From assembly GCA_000004695.1 (NCBI GenBank), contig CM000150.2, positions 3,232,001-3,296,000 on the forward strand: a stretch of 64,000 nucleotides of DNA. Reading direction: 5' to 3'. This DNA is from Dictyostelium discoideum (taxonomy: Eukaryota). The position numbers and the translations under genes are program-made. Under the pieces are notes generated by a model. It was not told where the DNA came from and did no database searches. It worked only from the letters and a program-made list of their open reading frames with translations. Positions 27,001-40,257 of the stretch are shown here, in pieces. Every line of letters begins with the position of its first letter. Position 1 is the stretch's first letter.

Positions 27001-27243
27001 AAAAAATAAAAAAAAATAAAAAATAAAAAAGGTTGAATTTCTTTGTGGGTGTCATCATCCAAGGATTATTTTTGGTCATAGCTTGGAAAACATCATGAGC
27101 ATAAACAAATCAACTTTTGAAAATAACAGATAATGATAGAAATTTTCGAACCCCAAATTAATACTTCCTTGAAATCCAGAGTTTTAGACCAACTGTTTTT
27201 AAGTTTCCCAAAAATCAAAAAAAAAATATTAAAAAAAAAGTTT

Positions 27244-27284
<41 letters not shown>

Positions 27285-27660
27285 AAAAAAAAAAAAATAA
27301 AATATCACGATATCTATTTGTGTGTGAAAACACCACAACACAACACAATTGTAAATAATCAAAAAAATAAAAAATAAAAAAATAATAATAACATAAAAAA
27401 AAAAGAAAAAAAATTTAAAATACAAAAAATAAAAAAATAAAAAAACAAAAAATAAAATAAAAAATAAAATAATTAAAAAATAAATAAATAATTTTAAAAT
27501 TAAAATTATATAAATATAAATATAAAATAATTATAATAATATAAAATAAAATAATTTTAAAAAAAAAAAAAAACAAAACACACAATCAAAAAAAAAAAAA
27601 TCTTAAATCAAAAAAATAAAAAAAAAAAATCTCTATATATAAGAAAAAAAGAAAAAAAAA

Positions 27661-29385
27661 ATGTTTAGTTCAATTATGTTTAAAAAAAAACCCAAACAAA
27701 ACTTAAATGAAAATGAAATAACATCACAATCAACCACAACAACATCAACTTTATCAGATTCAAAACCAAGTGAAAAGAAAATAAAAGATAATAAAAATGA
27801 TAAATTTAAAATTAATGAAAATGATACAATAGTTGAAATTGAGTGGGAATCTGATATTCAACAAAAATATGATTTAATAGCATTATATGATAATGATACA
27901 AATGTAATTGATGATTATATATGGCATTGGAAAATAAATGATGAATATACCTATAATAATAATAATACAAATATAATTAGAGATCCAAATAAAAATTATT
28001 ATATAAAATATTGGAGAATTGATGACAATAATAATGGAATTAATCATCATCATCATTATAATCATCATCATCATATAAATAATCATCATCATAATCATAT
28101 TAAAACGAATCATCATAGTCTTCCACCTAATCTTCATTTATCACCACTTCATAATAATAATCATCATCGTCATCATAGTCACCAATTTCCAAAAGTATCA
28201 ATTAATAATGTTTATAAACAAATTCATAATTATAAATTAAAAAATCATTTTATAAGGCAACAATTTCAAAATAATTCAACAACAAATCAAGATACAATTA
28301 AAATTAAATTATCGCATTTTGAAGAAAGAAATCTATTAAAATCAGTAGATTATTCAGGAGAGATGTTTAAACAATACTCAAATTGGATGACAAATAATTG
28401 GGAAAGAATTAAAGATAAAATGGTTAGAGACCTAGTTTTACCAGGTAGTCATGATGCTGCAACCTATGGAATTAAATCAAGTTCGTTAAGAGTACCAGGT
28501 GATAAAGTACCATCATTTATACCAAATTCAATTGTATCAAAATGGTCAAAAACTCAAAGTGGAAATATATTTAAACAATTAACAATGGGTTACCGTTATT
28601 TTGATCTTAGAGTTGCACCATATCCAGTCACTGGTAAATTATATATTTATCATGCAATGTTTTCAGTTCCAGTTTCCGAAGTTTTAGATGATATAGTTAA
28701 ATTTATAAAAAATACAAATTATTATCAACAACCAAATAGTAGTAATAATAATGATGAAAAACAACAATTACAACAACAACAACAATTATTTAAAAAAGAA
28801 ATAATTTTATTACATTGGAATCATTTAGGATATTTATCAATTGAACAACATCAAGAATTACAATTAATGATTAAATCCAAATTAGATGGTATGTTGGCAA
28901 ATAGACAATTAGGTAACAATGTAAAAGTTAGAGAATTAGAATTTACACCAATTATAAATATTTATGATGATAATGGTTTAAAGAAACGTATTATAAATGA
29001 TGATGGTAAAAAAAGTAAACAACCATTTGATTCAATTCAAAATGAACCATTATTTTGGTACTCCAATAAATCGTTGGTATCAAATTATGATTCAAATCAA
29101 TTTCATACAAGTAAAGATGTAATATCATTTCTATCAAGAGAAGTTACCTATAATCATAAAGATAGATTTTGGGTAGCTCAATGTATCTTAACAATTGATT
29201 CAAAAAAATTATTACATATCACTACAAATTCATTATTGGACTGGAATCATTCTGAATTTCCAAAATTTTTAAAGTTTTTTGAAAATTTGGAAGAAAAAAA
29301 AGTTCCAACAAATATTATAATGACTGATTTTTGTACTCATTATCCAATAACTGATTACGCAATTAGAAGAAATATAAATGAATAA
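27661..29385 (+). CDS. PI-PLC X-domain-containing protein (PLC-like phosphodiesterase, TIM-barrel). Single exon, 574 aa, with an N-terminal Asn/His-rich extension.
   Basis: Catalytic X-box region LVLPGSHDAATYGI ... QLTMGYRYFDLRVAP ... YIYHAMF. His-rich low-complexity stretch HHHHYNHHHHINNHHHNH. Confidence 0.7.
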   Translation: MFSSIMFKKKPKQNLNENEITSQSTTTTSTLSDSKPSEKKIKDNKNDKFKINENDTIVEIEWESDIQQKYDLIALYDNDTNVIDDYIWHWKINDEYTYNNNNTNIIRDPNKNYYIKYWRIDDNNNGINHHHHYNHHHHINNHHHNHIKTNHHSLPPNLHLSPLHNNNHHRHHSHQFPKVSINNVYKQIHNYKLKNHFIRQQFQNNSTTNQDTIKIKLSHFEERNLLKSVDYSGEMFKQYSNWMTNNWERIKDKMVRDLVLPGSHDAATYGIKSSSLRVPGDKVPSFIPNSIVSKWSKTQSGNIFKQLTMGYRYFDLRVAPYPVTGKLYIYHAMFSVPVSEVLDDIVKFIKNTNYYQQPNSSNNNDEKQQLQQQQQLFKKEIILLHWNHLGYLSIEQHQELQLMIKSKLDGMLANRQLGNNVKVRELEFTPIINIYDDNGLKKRIINDDGKKSKQPFDSIQNEPLFWYSNKSLVSNYDSNQFHTSKDVISFLSREVTYNHKDRFWVAQCILTIDSKKLLHITTNSLLDWNHSEFPKFLKFFENLEEKKVPTNIIMTDFCTHYPITDYAIRRNINE

Positions 29386-29648
29386 TATAAATAAAACATA
29401 TATTAATTTATTTATATTCTTTTTTTTTTTTTAAAACTTAAAATTAATAAATAAATATATATTTAAAATTTTATTAATAAAATAAAGATTTTTTAATTTT
29501 ATTATTTATTATTTATTAATTTTATATTTGATTTATTTATTTAATTTTATAAAATAATGATTATTTTTTTATTTATTTTTTTTATTTTTTTTTTTTATTT
29601 TTTATTTTAATTTATATGTTATTTTTTATTTTTTTATTTTTTATTTAT

Positions 29649-30708
29649 TTAATTTTCAGCTTGTTCTTCATGTTCTTCATGTTCTTCTTGATATTCACCA
29701 CCATCTTCTTCAGTTTCTTGGTTAGAATATTGTTGATATTCGTAAACTAAATCGTTCATGTTTGATTCAGCTTCAGTAAATTCCAATTCTTCCATACCTT
29801 CGAGGGTGTACCAATGAAGGAAAGCCTTTCTACGGAACATAGCTTGGAAGTGAATTGAGATACGTTTGAAGAGATCTTGGATGGCAGTGTTGTTACCGAT
29901 GAAGGTGACGGCCATTGGGGTACCTTTTGGTGGGATATCACAAATGGAGGATTTAATGTTGTGTGGAATCCATTCGACAAAGTAACTGCTATTTTTGGTT
30001 TGAATGTTGTGCATTTGTTCATCGACTTCCTTGGTGAAGATTTTACCTCTAAAGAGAGCAGAGGCAGTCAAGTATTTACCATTGTGTGGATCGGAAGCAG
30101 CCATCATATTCTTGGCATCAAACATTTGTTGGGTGAGTTCTGGTACGGTGATACGATTGTATGACGAGGCACCTTTGGCAGTGAGTGGAGCGAAACCAAC
30201 CAAAAAGAAGTGAAGACGTGGGAATGGAATTAAATTTACAGCTAATTTACGAAGATCAGAGTTCAATTGACCTGGGAAACGAAGACAACAGGTGATACCA
30301 GACATAACTGATGAGATGAGATGATTTAAATCACCATAGTTTGGTTGGGTGAGTTTGAGTGTACGGAAGCAAATATCGTGGAGTGCTTCATTATCAATAC
30401 ACATAACCTCATCGGCATTTTCAACCAATTGATGGACAGAGAGGGTAGCATTGTATGGTTCTACGACTGTTAATGATACCTTTGGTGATGGTACAACTGA
30501 AAATGTACACATCATACGATCTGGGAATTCTTCACGAATCTTACTAATCAATAAAGTACCTAAACCTGAACCTGTACCACCACCAATTGAATGGGTGACT
30601 TGGAAACCTTGTAAACAATCACAACCTTCTGTTTCTCTACGTACAACATCAAGTACTGATTCAACTAATTCAACACCTTCAGTATAATGACCTTTAGCCC
30701 AATTATTA

Positions 30709-30742
<34 letters not shown>

Positions 30743-31130
30743 GATAGTTGATAAATAAAAAAAAGTTAATATTATATATGTATCATTAAAAATAATAAAT
30801 AAATAAATGAATAAATAACATACCTGCACCAGATTGACCATGGATGAAATTATCTGGTCTGAATAATTTACCATATGGACTGGCTTTGATGGTATCAACT
30901 GTACCTGGTTCAAGATCGACAAGTACAGATCTTGGAACGTATTTACCATCTCTAGCTTCATTGTAGTATACATTAATTCTTTCTAATTGGAGACGTTTTA
31001 AATGTTCGTCTTCACCACCAGCGTGGAAACCATCGCTTTGGATACCGTGTTCTTCAGAAATTACTTCCCAAAATTTGGAACCAATTTGATTACCACATTG
31101 ACCTGCTTGAATTTGTACAATTTCTCTCAT
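29649..31130 (-). CDS. tubB: Beta-tubulin. Exons on the minus strand 31130..30824 and 30709..29649; one intron 30710..30823; about 455 aa.
   Basis: N-terminus [30 protein letters not shown]; GGGTGSG GTP loop; acidic C-terminus [20 protein letters not shown]. Donor GCAG|GTATGT and acceptor ...AAAAAG|GTAATAATTGGGC rejoin the frame as GQSGAGNNWAKG. Confidence 0.9.
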
Positions 31131-31323
31131 TTTATTTTGCTATATATTGTTTTGTTTTGATGAGGAAATAAAAATATAAAAAAAAAAAATTAAAACTAAT
31201 CTAAATAATTAAAAAAATTAAAATTATTAAATTAGTATTATATTATATTTGGATAAATATAAATATGAAAAAAAATAAAAAAAAAATAAAAAATAAAAAA
31301 ATTGAAAATAAAAAAAAAAAAAT

Positions 31324-31381
<58 letters not shown>

Positions 31382-31693
31382 TTATGTGTTGATATAAATA
31401 AACCATGATTTTTCTTATTTTTTTTTTTTTTAATTTTTTATTTATAAAAAATTGATGAATTATTGTTATTAAAATAAAATAATTCTTTTTTTTTATTTAT
31501 ATTTATTAATATTAAATTTAGTATTTGTTATTTGGAATAACTTACTAAATTACAAATTATATTAGTTTAATGTATAAAAAAAAGGTGAAGGTGTTGGTGA
31601 TAAATAAATTTTTAGAAAAAAAAAAAAAAAATTGAGGAGCAGGATCAAAAATTAAAAAAAAAAAAAAAAATTGAAAAAAAAAAAAAAAAATTG

Positions 31694-31736
<43 letters not shown>

Positions 31737-31988
31737 TTTTTTCAAATTTTTTATAATAAACCACTGATAGGCAACCAAAAAAAAAAAAAAATGAAAAAAA
31801 AAAAATGAAATTTTCCCGCGCATATTTTTTTGAGGTTCAAAAATAAAAATTTAACCCACAAAAAACAATCCTATTTTAACCCACTCGTTAATATATCTTT
31901 TTTTTCCAATCAAAATACTAATTTTTTTTAATATATATCGAGTATGAATTTTTTTTTTTTTTTTTTTTAATTTTTTTTTATATCATGT

Positions 31989-32033
<45 letters not shown>

Positions 32034-32635
32034 TTTGATCAAAAAAACTTTTAATTATTTCCCTAAAAAAAAAAAAAAAAAAAATCAAATGACGTGTTAT
32101 TTAATTTTTTTTTTTTTTAATTTTATTTTTTTTGAAAATAAATGGACAGATCTATTATTATATTTTAGAGAAATTATTTTATTGTTATTTTTATTATAAT
32201 TTTTTTTTTTTTTTTTTTTTTTTTTTTGGCAAGTTTTTGTAAATATAAATAAATAAATGTTCAGTCATATTTCACCCAATTTTTAAATTGATTAAAATGG
32301 AATTAAAATATTATTTTAAATAAAAGTATTGATTTTAAATACAATTTTAATTGAATTAAATTAATGAATTAATTATTTTCATTCTCTTTAAATAAAATTA
32401 AATTTTTAGAATTCTTCTTTTTTGGTAAAAGTTAACATGTTGTTGGGACATTGGTTAAATTAAAATTATTATTTTTTTTTTTAATATTTTTGGATTTCAA
32501 AAAAAAAGCTGATATAATCTTAATTTTTTAATTATTTCTCTCATCCAAATGATTTTAAATTGTTTAAAATTTTAACTTTAATCATTGATTTCTTTAAATT
32601 GTAAATATAAAAAAAAAAAGTTGTCCAGTTTTACA

Positions 32636-32754
<119 letters not shown>

Positions 32755-32791
32755 TTTTATGACATTTATCTCTAAATATTATTTTTATATA

Positions 32792-32831
<40 letters not shown>

Positions 32832-33295
32832 CATATTTTTTTTAGTTTTTGTTTTTTTTTTAAAGTCATAAAAAAGATTTAATTTTTTATTTTTTTATTT
32901 TTTTAGGACAATAATTGTTTAATCCTGTTTTTTGATTAAAAAATAAAAAAAATGTTTTTGCTTGAATTTTAGTGACAACACAACTCGAAAAAACGGGATA
33001 TTTTTTTTTTAAAAAAAAAATTTGGAAAAAAAAAAAAAATATTAAAAAAAAAAAAAAATCAAAGGTTTTATTTTCACCCCTCAATAAAAAACTTAAACAT
33101 ACAAAGTTTATTTAAATAAAATAAATATATAATAAATAAAATAAAATAAAATAAAATAAAATAAAATAAATAAAAATAAAATAAAAATAAAATAAAATAA
33201 AATAAAATAAAATAAAATAAACAAAAATAAAAATAAAATAAAATAAATAAAAATAAAAATAAAAATAAATAAATAAAAAAATAAATAAACAAAAA

Positions 33296-33784
33296 ATGGC
33301 ATTTGACGAAAAACAAACTCAACAACAACAACAACAACTACAACAACAACAACAACAACAACCAATTTATGCTCCACAACAACAACAACAACAACAACAA
33401 TTTATGGCACCACCAATGGCAATTGTTCCACAAGTTGGACAAATGGCTAAACATAAAATTCAAGCAGAACATGAATGTGGTTACAATGTGACTGGTTTTA
33501 AAAATTGTTACCCATCTCAATTATCAAATAATTTATCAAGTGAAGAATATGCATTCATTGTTGAAAAATTAAATAGATTAATACATAGTTTCAGAAAAAC
33601 TGGCCTTGTCATTACTTTACTCTATATTTTCGTTCAATTCTCTTTGGTCTCTTTATTAATTTTCGGTTCAATGGATAATTCAATGGCTTTAATTGGTTCT
33701 TACATTGCTCTCAATATATTAGTAGTAATTATCTATATTATTATTCTTGTTACAAGAAATAGACGTGTATGTATTATTTATTAT

Positions 33785-33825
<41 letters not shown>

Positions 33826-34203
33826 GTTTATTAATTTTTAAATAATTATAATTATTATTAGTTTGTAGAAAGCTTAAAATGTACTGTATCAGAAATCAAT
33901 TCTCAATATACTAATCGTAATATTAGACTTGAAGCTTATAGAAAAGTTGCTAGACGTGTATTCATTGTTAAAGCAAGAATTTATTATCCACCAACTTTAG
34001 TCTTCACACAAGCTCCACAAATGTATAACTATCAACAACAACCACAACAACAATATTATGCACAATCTCCAGTTTACCAACAACAACAACCACAATATGT
34101 TCCACAACAACCACAACCACAATATGCTCCACAACAACAACAACAAACCTATGGAGGTTATACTTTAGATGACAAAACAACCGACTCATCTCCACTCATT
34201 TAA
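33296..34203 (+). CDS. Small two-pass membrane protein with Gln-rich termini. Exons 33296..33766 and 33862..34203; about 270 aa.
   Basis: Q-rich N-terminus; two hydrophobic helices (GLVITLLYIFVQFSLVSLLIFG and ALIGSYIALNILVVIIYIIILV). Intron GTATGT...TTATTAG is in phase 0. The C-terminus is a PQ/QY-rich tail. No family assigned. Confidence 0.55.
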
Positions 34204-35306
34204 AAAAAACCAATTTTAAAAATAAGAAATCAAAATAATATCAATAAACTAATCACATGTTGTGATAAAGGAAATAAAAAAAATAAAAAAAAAATATTAA
34301 TGTATAAAAAAAAAAAAAAAAATACCATTTTAAAAAAATTTTGTTTTTTTTAATTATTTAATTTGAAATGAAAAAATTTCTTTTTATTTTTTTTTTTTTT
34401 TTAAAAATTAATTAATTAAAATTGAAAAAAATTAATTAATATCGCAAATGCAGAATAAAAAAGAAATTTATTTAATGGATGAATTTAGTAGTGGATTTAG
34501 GAGATATTTTTATTTATAACAAATTTCATTTTCAGATAATATTATTTTTTTAATTTTAATTTTAATTTTTTTTTTTTTATTATTAGTTAAAAACATAAAT
34601 ATGATTGTTTATTTTATAATTTTTAATTTTTAATTTTAATTTTTTATTAAAACCAAAATCTTTATATTTTTATCTTTTTTTTTTACTTTATTTTATTTTG
34701 TTTATTATTATTATAATAATATATAACAACAATGAAAAAAAAAAAAAAAAACTTTTAAATGTTTCCAATACAATATAAATTAAAATATATTTTGTGAATC
34801 TTTTTTTGTATGTGTAAAAATTACAATACACAAAGTTAATTATAATTCAATTATTCATGGATAGGTCCTTTTTTAAATATTTTTTTACTTTTTTTTAACA
34901 AAACAAAAAAAAAAAACTTCACACAAAAAAATCTGGCAGATTTTTTTTTTTTTTTTGGGAATCAATTAATCAAGTTTTATTTTTATCTTTTTTTTTTTTT
35001 TTTATAAAAAATAGATATTTTACATCCTGGTTAATTTTTATTTTGTTATTTTTAAAATAAAGTGACTTTCCTAAAACAAAAAGTGATTTTTTAAATTTAA
35101 GATATTTTGAGAGTGGAATTGGAAATGGTTGACGATTATTCTGATTTTTTTTTATTTTATTTTATTTTTTTCAAATATTTTAATTTTAAAATTTATTTTT
35201 AAATTTTATTTTATTTTTTTTTTTTTTTCAAAACGAAGGATAAAAATCCCATTTTCAAAATGATTTTTTTTTTTTTTTTCATTTTTGATATTGCTCTTAA
35301 AATAAA

Positions 35307-35606
35307 ATGAATAAGTTAATTAGTTTATTACTTGTATGCTTAGTTGCTATTGCATTAGTGAATGCTGATTGTGCTATCGATTTTGATAGTGACACAGGTA
35401 AATTTAAATTAAAATAAAAAAAACAAACAAACAAACACTAACTCATTAAAATATTTAGTAAACTCTGTTACATCTAGTGATTGGAGTTGCTTAGCTGCTA
35501 GCAATGATCGTGTTATTATGCAAGTATTTTCTGGTGGTTATGGGTAAATATTATTCTAAAAAAAAAAAAAAACAAAACAATTTTAAAACATATTTCAGTA
35601 CTAATA

Positions 35607-35639
<33 letters not shown>

Positions 35640-36805
35640 ATTAGATATACTTCAGGAATTGCTTCTGCAGTCCAAGGTGCCCAAGCAGCTGGTATTTCTA
35701 CAATTGATCTCTATGCATTCTTATGTAATCAATGGTAGGATAATAATAATAATAATTATTTATTTATTTTTATTTTCTTTTTTCCTAATCTTTGTTTTTT
35801 TATTTTTTTATTTATAGCTCAGGTAATAGTCCATCATCTTCAGCAATCCAAAGTATTGTATCTCAACTTCAAAATGATGGTGTTTCATACAATATGTTAT
35901 GGATTGATGTTGAACAATGTGATGGATGTTGGGGTGATTTAGGTGACAACGCAGCATTTGTTCAAGAAGCCGTTGAAACTGCCCAAAATCTTGGTGTAAG
36001 TTTATAATACTATATTAATGAATATTATAGTGTCGGGGGAACTCAGGAGAGGAATAGAAAGAATTGAGATTTTAAATATTGGTAATGGATTTCAATTAAC
36101 CATAGGATACAATTTTATTATTTTATTATTTTATTATATTATTATTTTATTATTTTATTTTTTAAAGGTTAATGTTGGTGTTTACAGTTCAATTGGTGAA
36201 TGGAGTCAAACTGTAGGTAATTTAAGTGGTTTAGGTGTTGACTTATGGTATGCTCACTATGATAATAATCCATCATTCTCTGATTCAAGCTTTTATGAAT
36301 TTGGTGGTTGGACTTCACCAACTATGAAACAATACGCTGGTAATGGAAATGAGTGTGGTGTTAGCGTTGATATGAATTTCTTTGGTTCTGGAACATGTTC
36401 AGCATCAACTGGTTCAGGTTCAGGTAAATTTTTTTTTCTATTTTTTTTTTTTTTTTTATTCTTTTTTTAAAAAAAAATTACTAACCATAACAACTCTTGG
36501 TAATCAGGCTCATCATCAGGTTCATCATCAGGTTCATCATCAGGTTCATCATCAGGTTCAGGTTCATCATCAGGTTCAGGTTCATCATCTGGTTCATCAT
36601 CAGGTTCAGGTAAATTTTTTTATTTTTATTTTTATTTTTATTTTTATTTTTATTTTTTTTTTTCTTCTTTCGGCAAACGATTACTAACCGCAGCAACTCA
36701 TTACCACCATCAGGATCAGGCTCATCATCATCAGGATCAGGCTCAGGTTCAGGTTCATCATCAGGCTCAGGTTCATCATCAGGATCGGGATCAGGTTCAT
36801 CATAA
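35307..36805 (+). CDS. Secreted GH25 (Chalaropsis-type) lysozyme-like protein with a C-terminal Ser/Gly repeat tail. Seven exons approx 35307..35397, 35459..35543, 35645..35734, 35818..35995, 36168..36426, 36508..36609, 36714..36805.
   Basis: Signal peptide MNKLISLLLVCLVAIALVNA. GH25-like blocks: MLWIDVEQCDGCWGD and LWYAHYDNNPSFSDSSFYEFGGWTSPTMKQYAGNGNECGVSVDMNFF. The tail is (GSSS/GSGS)n encoded across two exons that look duplicated together with their introns. All junctions are GTAAAT/GTAAGT...AG with consistent phases. Confidence 0.65.
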
Positions 36806-36904
36806 GCAGTTGAATTGGATGTTAAATAAATTTTAAAATTTAAAAAAAAAAAAAAAACAAGGATTATTACCAATTTTTTAAAATTTAAAAAAAGTACATC
36901 TTTG

Positions 36905-37832
36905 AATGTTGAAAAATAAAAAAAAAGTTAAAATATAAACAATATTGAATAGTAATAATTTTACTTTTATTTTTTTTTTATTTCATTATTTTATAATAAT
37001 TATATTTTTTTTTTTTTTATTTTTTTAAAATAAAAAAAAATAAAATAATAGGATAGGATTTGCAATTAAGCAGTCCAAACCTTAAGATTTGAAGTACCAA
37101 TATTTGTAATTGTTAATCTTCCACCACCAAAACTTCTACTGAATTGACCTTTGCTATGAATATCATTATCTTCATCAGGACTTAATCCACATTGAAATCT
37201 TACACGTCCATTTCCACCTCCAACAACTTCAACATTAACTTGAGTAGATCTTGGCCATGCCCATGTTGGAACGCCACTTACTTGACTACCACTATTGATA
37301 TAATACGGACTAATTTAATTTATTTAATGATAAAAAAAATAAACTATTAATATAATAAAAATATTAATTTAATTAAATAATTATAATTATAATTTACCCT
37401 GCCATTTTTTTAAATTTAATAATATTTTAGTTTATTTAAAAAAAAAAAAAATTCTTTATATAAAAAAAATAATTGAAAATGTTTGTTAATTAATTAAATA
37501 ATAATGATAATAATAATAATAAAAAAAAAAAATAAATCTATTTATTTTCATACCAACAAAAAAAAAAATTAAAAAAATAAAATAAAATAAAATATCTTCC
37601 CAAACATGTGGACCTTTGATTTGTGTTTTAAAAAGAAAATGAGTGTTAATGAAATAAAAAAAAAAAAAAAAAAAAACTTGGCTATTTGTTTTTTTATTAT
37701 TTAATTTTATTTAATTGTTACTTTTTTTTTTTTTTTTTTTTAACAATTGAAATAAGGTATATAGTTATAAGATTATATCTCTTCAAATAAATTAACTTTC
37801 AGAGATTATTAAATTTAACAAATTGAATTGAA
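36905..37832. repeat. Segmental duplication, copy A. About 0.93 kb, about 95% identical to 40258..41184.
   Basis: Collinear near-identity starts at gttaaaatataaacaatattgaatagtaataatttt and runs through ...aacaaattgaattgaattaaattgaa. The block includes a small two-exon gene and flanking AT-rich DNA. Confidence 0.8.
37066..37405 (-). CDS. Small Gly-rich protein of 85 aa, copy A. Exons on the minus strand 37405..37398 (ATGGCAGG) and 37309..37066; intron 88 nt.
   Basis: MAG|PYYINSGSQVSGVPTWAWPRSTQVNVEVVGGGNGRVRFQCGLSPDEDNDIHSKGQFSRSFGGGRLTITNIGTSNLKVWTA*. Donor GG|GTAAAT and acceptor AAATTAG are in phase 2. Not in the ORF track because its first exon is only 8 nt. No family recognised. Confidence 0.5.
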
Positions 37833-38164
37833 TTAAATTGAACTTTTATTTTTTTTTTTTTTTTTTTTTTTATTTTTTTTTTTATTTTTTTATTTTTTTT
37901 TTTTTGGTCTAAGTACAGTTTCACAACTTGGTCTACGTTTGTATTCACAATGATGATCAAAAGTCTTGAGTAATAATTCTGACGTTGTTGCTGAACTGAA
38001 ATTCAATGATTCTACTTAAAAAAAAAAAATGAAATTTTAAAAAAGACAAGATAATAATAAAAATAATTAAAAAAAAAAATAGATTTATTTTTTTATTTTA
38101 TTATATATATACATATTTTTTATATATATTGTAATTTAACTAAATTGAAACAAAAAATATTAAA

Positions 38165-39230
38165 TTAATTTAAATACGGTATTGGAATTAAATCAATTCT
38201 TTGTTTGAGAGCATAAAGGTCAATAGTTAATGGACGAGCATTTGCTGGTGGATTTGGAAAGAATAAAGAGTTTGGTTGAATGGTAATGGTGAAGATTGGA
38301 TTATTTGGTGTATTATTTGGTGTATTATTATTATGTAAAAAACCTGTAATTGGTGTTTGTTGATTTGATAATCTTCTATATTTATTTATATCACGTGCTG
38401 TAAATCCTTCAGAACCAAATGAAATAATTGCTGATGGATTGACAATACTAACACTACCATCAAAAACAACTAAACAAAACTTTTTTAAATTACTAACACC
38501 TAAAGGCCATAATTGAAGTAAAAAAACTATGTTTACATCAGTATCAAAATAATCGGTACATTTGTTGAATGATTGAGTTTTAGTTTGTGCTTTATAATTT
38601 ACTTCAAAGATTAATAAAACACGTCTTGGATATTGACTTGGTACACTTTCATAGCTTCCATCTGGATTATAAACTGTATTCTCATCAATAACAAGATCAG
38701 AACTTCCTGAACCAGTAATATGACCTTGAGCTCTGCAATAAATTGATATTAATTCATTCATTTCAAATACTACTCTTCCATGATATACTGATTCACTTAA
38801 TTTATTAATTATTACTAAACCATTTAATAAAAATGCATTTTTATTATAACTATGATCATTTAAAAAAGTTTTTGAATTTATATTCTTTTGAACTACAAAA
38901 CCTTTATAACCATATTTTAAAAGTTCAATATTCTAAATTTATTATTTAAAAATAAAAATTATTAATAAAATTAATATTTAATTTATTATTATTAATTTTA
39001 ATTAAACAACTTACATTTCTAATAAAAATTATTTTCTCTTCGTTGGGTCCCATTTTTGTAATATCTAAATATCTTAAATTGTTCATTTTGATGACACGAT
39101 GTGAAGGAATTCCATTGACTAAATCATCTTCTACCTTTTCTTTTTCATAATCTGAATTATTTTTTTTAAATTTTGAAAAAAATTTCATTTGTGTATTTGA
39201 TCTATTTTCAAATCCAATAGAAGATATCAT
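38165..39230 (-). CDS. Hypothetical protein of about 327 aa. Exons on the minus strand 39230..39015 and 38932..38165. It lies between the two copies of the segmental duplication.
   Basis: ATG at 39230..39228 (MISSIGFENRSN...); GTAAGT donor; an 82-nt intron; AAATTTAG acceptor in phase 0. The second exon ends ...PLTIDLYALKQRIDLIPIPYLN*. No confident family assignment. Confidence 0.5.
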
Positions 39231-40257
39231 TATTAATATACAATTAATTATACAACAATAAAAACAATAGAAAAAAGAAGTATCATAGAATAAAAAAAAA
39301 AGTAAATATAAAAAAAAAAAAAAAAACAAATAATAATTATTAGAATTACATATTTCTATATTAATTAAAAATTTCTAATATTTACCTTATATATATATTT
39401 TAAATGAATTGAAATAAATTTGTTTTTGTGAAAAAAATTAAAATAAAAAAAAATAGAAACAATAATTAAAATAAAAAAAAAAATTAAAATAAAAAATAAA
39501 AAATAAGATTAACGCAATTTCATATGAAAAACCAATTTTGTAAATGATTTAAAATGGTAAATAATAAAACAAAAATAATACAAAACAAAAGACAAATGTA
39601 GAAAAAACAAAAAAAAAAAAAAAATAAAAAAAAAAAAAATAATATTTTATACTGACCATAATATGTTAAACATGTTCTAAATAAAATAATTTTTTTGTTT
39701 TCTAAATTTTCTCTATTTTTCTTTAATCGAATTCAATTGAATTATTTATTATAATTCTTCATCATGATTTGAATCTTTAGTACCATCAATTGTTGATTAA
39801 ATTGAATTGTAGCTAATTTTCTATACAATTCTGTTCACATAATTTTAAATGGTGAACCTTCAAAACCACCATCTTGTTGTAATTCTGATGTTTCTTGTTG
39901 TTTTAAAATACCAACCCCAAAATGATCACATTTTAAATTTGAAACAAGAATAATTGTTAATTTACCAGAAATGTAAATTTCATATTTTGAAAACAATAAA
40001 AATTTACCTAATGAAAATTGATATTAATATATGTTTGAAAAAAATAAAGATTAAAAAAAAATAAAAAAAAAAACACACATTATTTTTTTATTTTTATCAC
40101 ATATAAACAAATAATGTCATTAAATAATTTAATTAAAATTTATAAAACAACACAAACTCAAACCATTTTTGAGATACAATTGCATCAACAGTATCAAAAA
40201 ATATTGGCATTAAAATGGGATTGGCAACAATCTATTCAATTGAAACGATTGAAAATG

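Noticed and set aside
36481-36873. Minus-strand 130-aa ORF with (DEPEPD)n repeats.
   Set aside because: It is the antisense of the GH25 gene's Ser/Gly-repeat terminal exons and introns.
39830-40010. Minus-strand reading ...ISGKLTIILVSNLKCDHFGVGILKQQETSELQQDGGFEGSPF, and plus ORF 40114..40299, between the hypothetical gene and duplication copy B.
   Set aside because: Short, no start or splice context that I could complete, and no recognisable homology. Probably spacer or decayed exon remnants.
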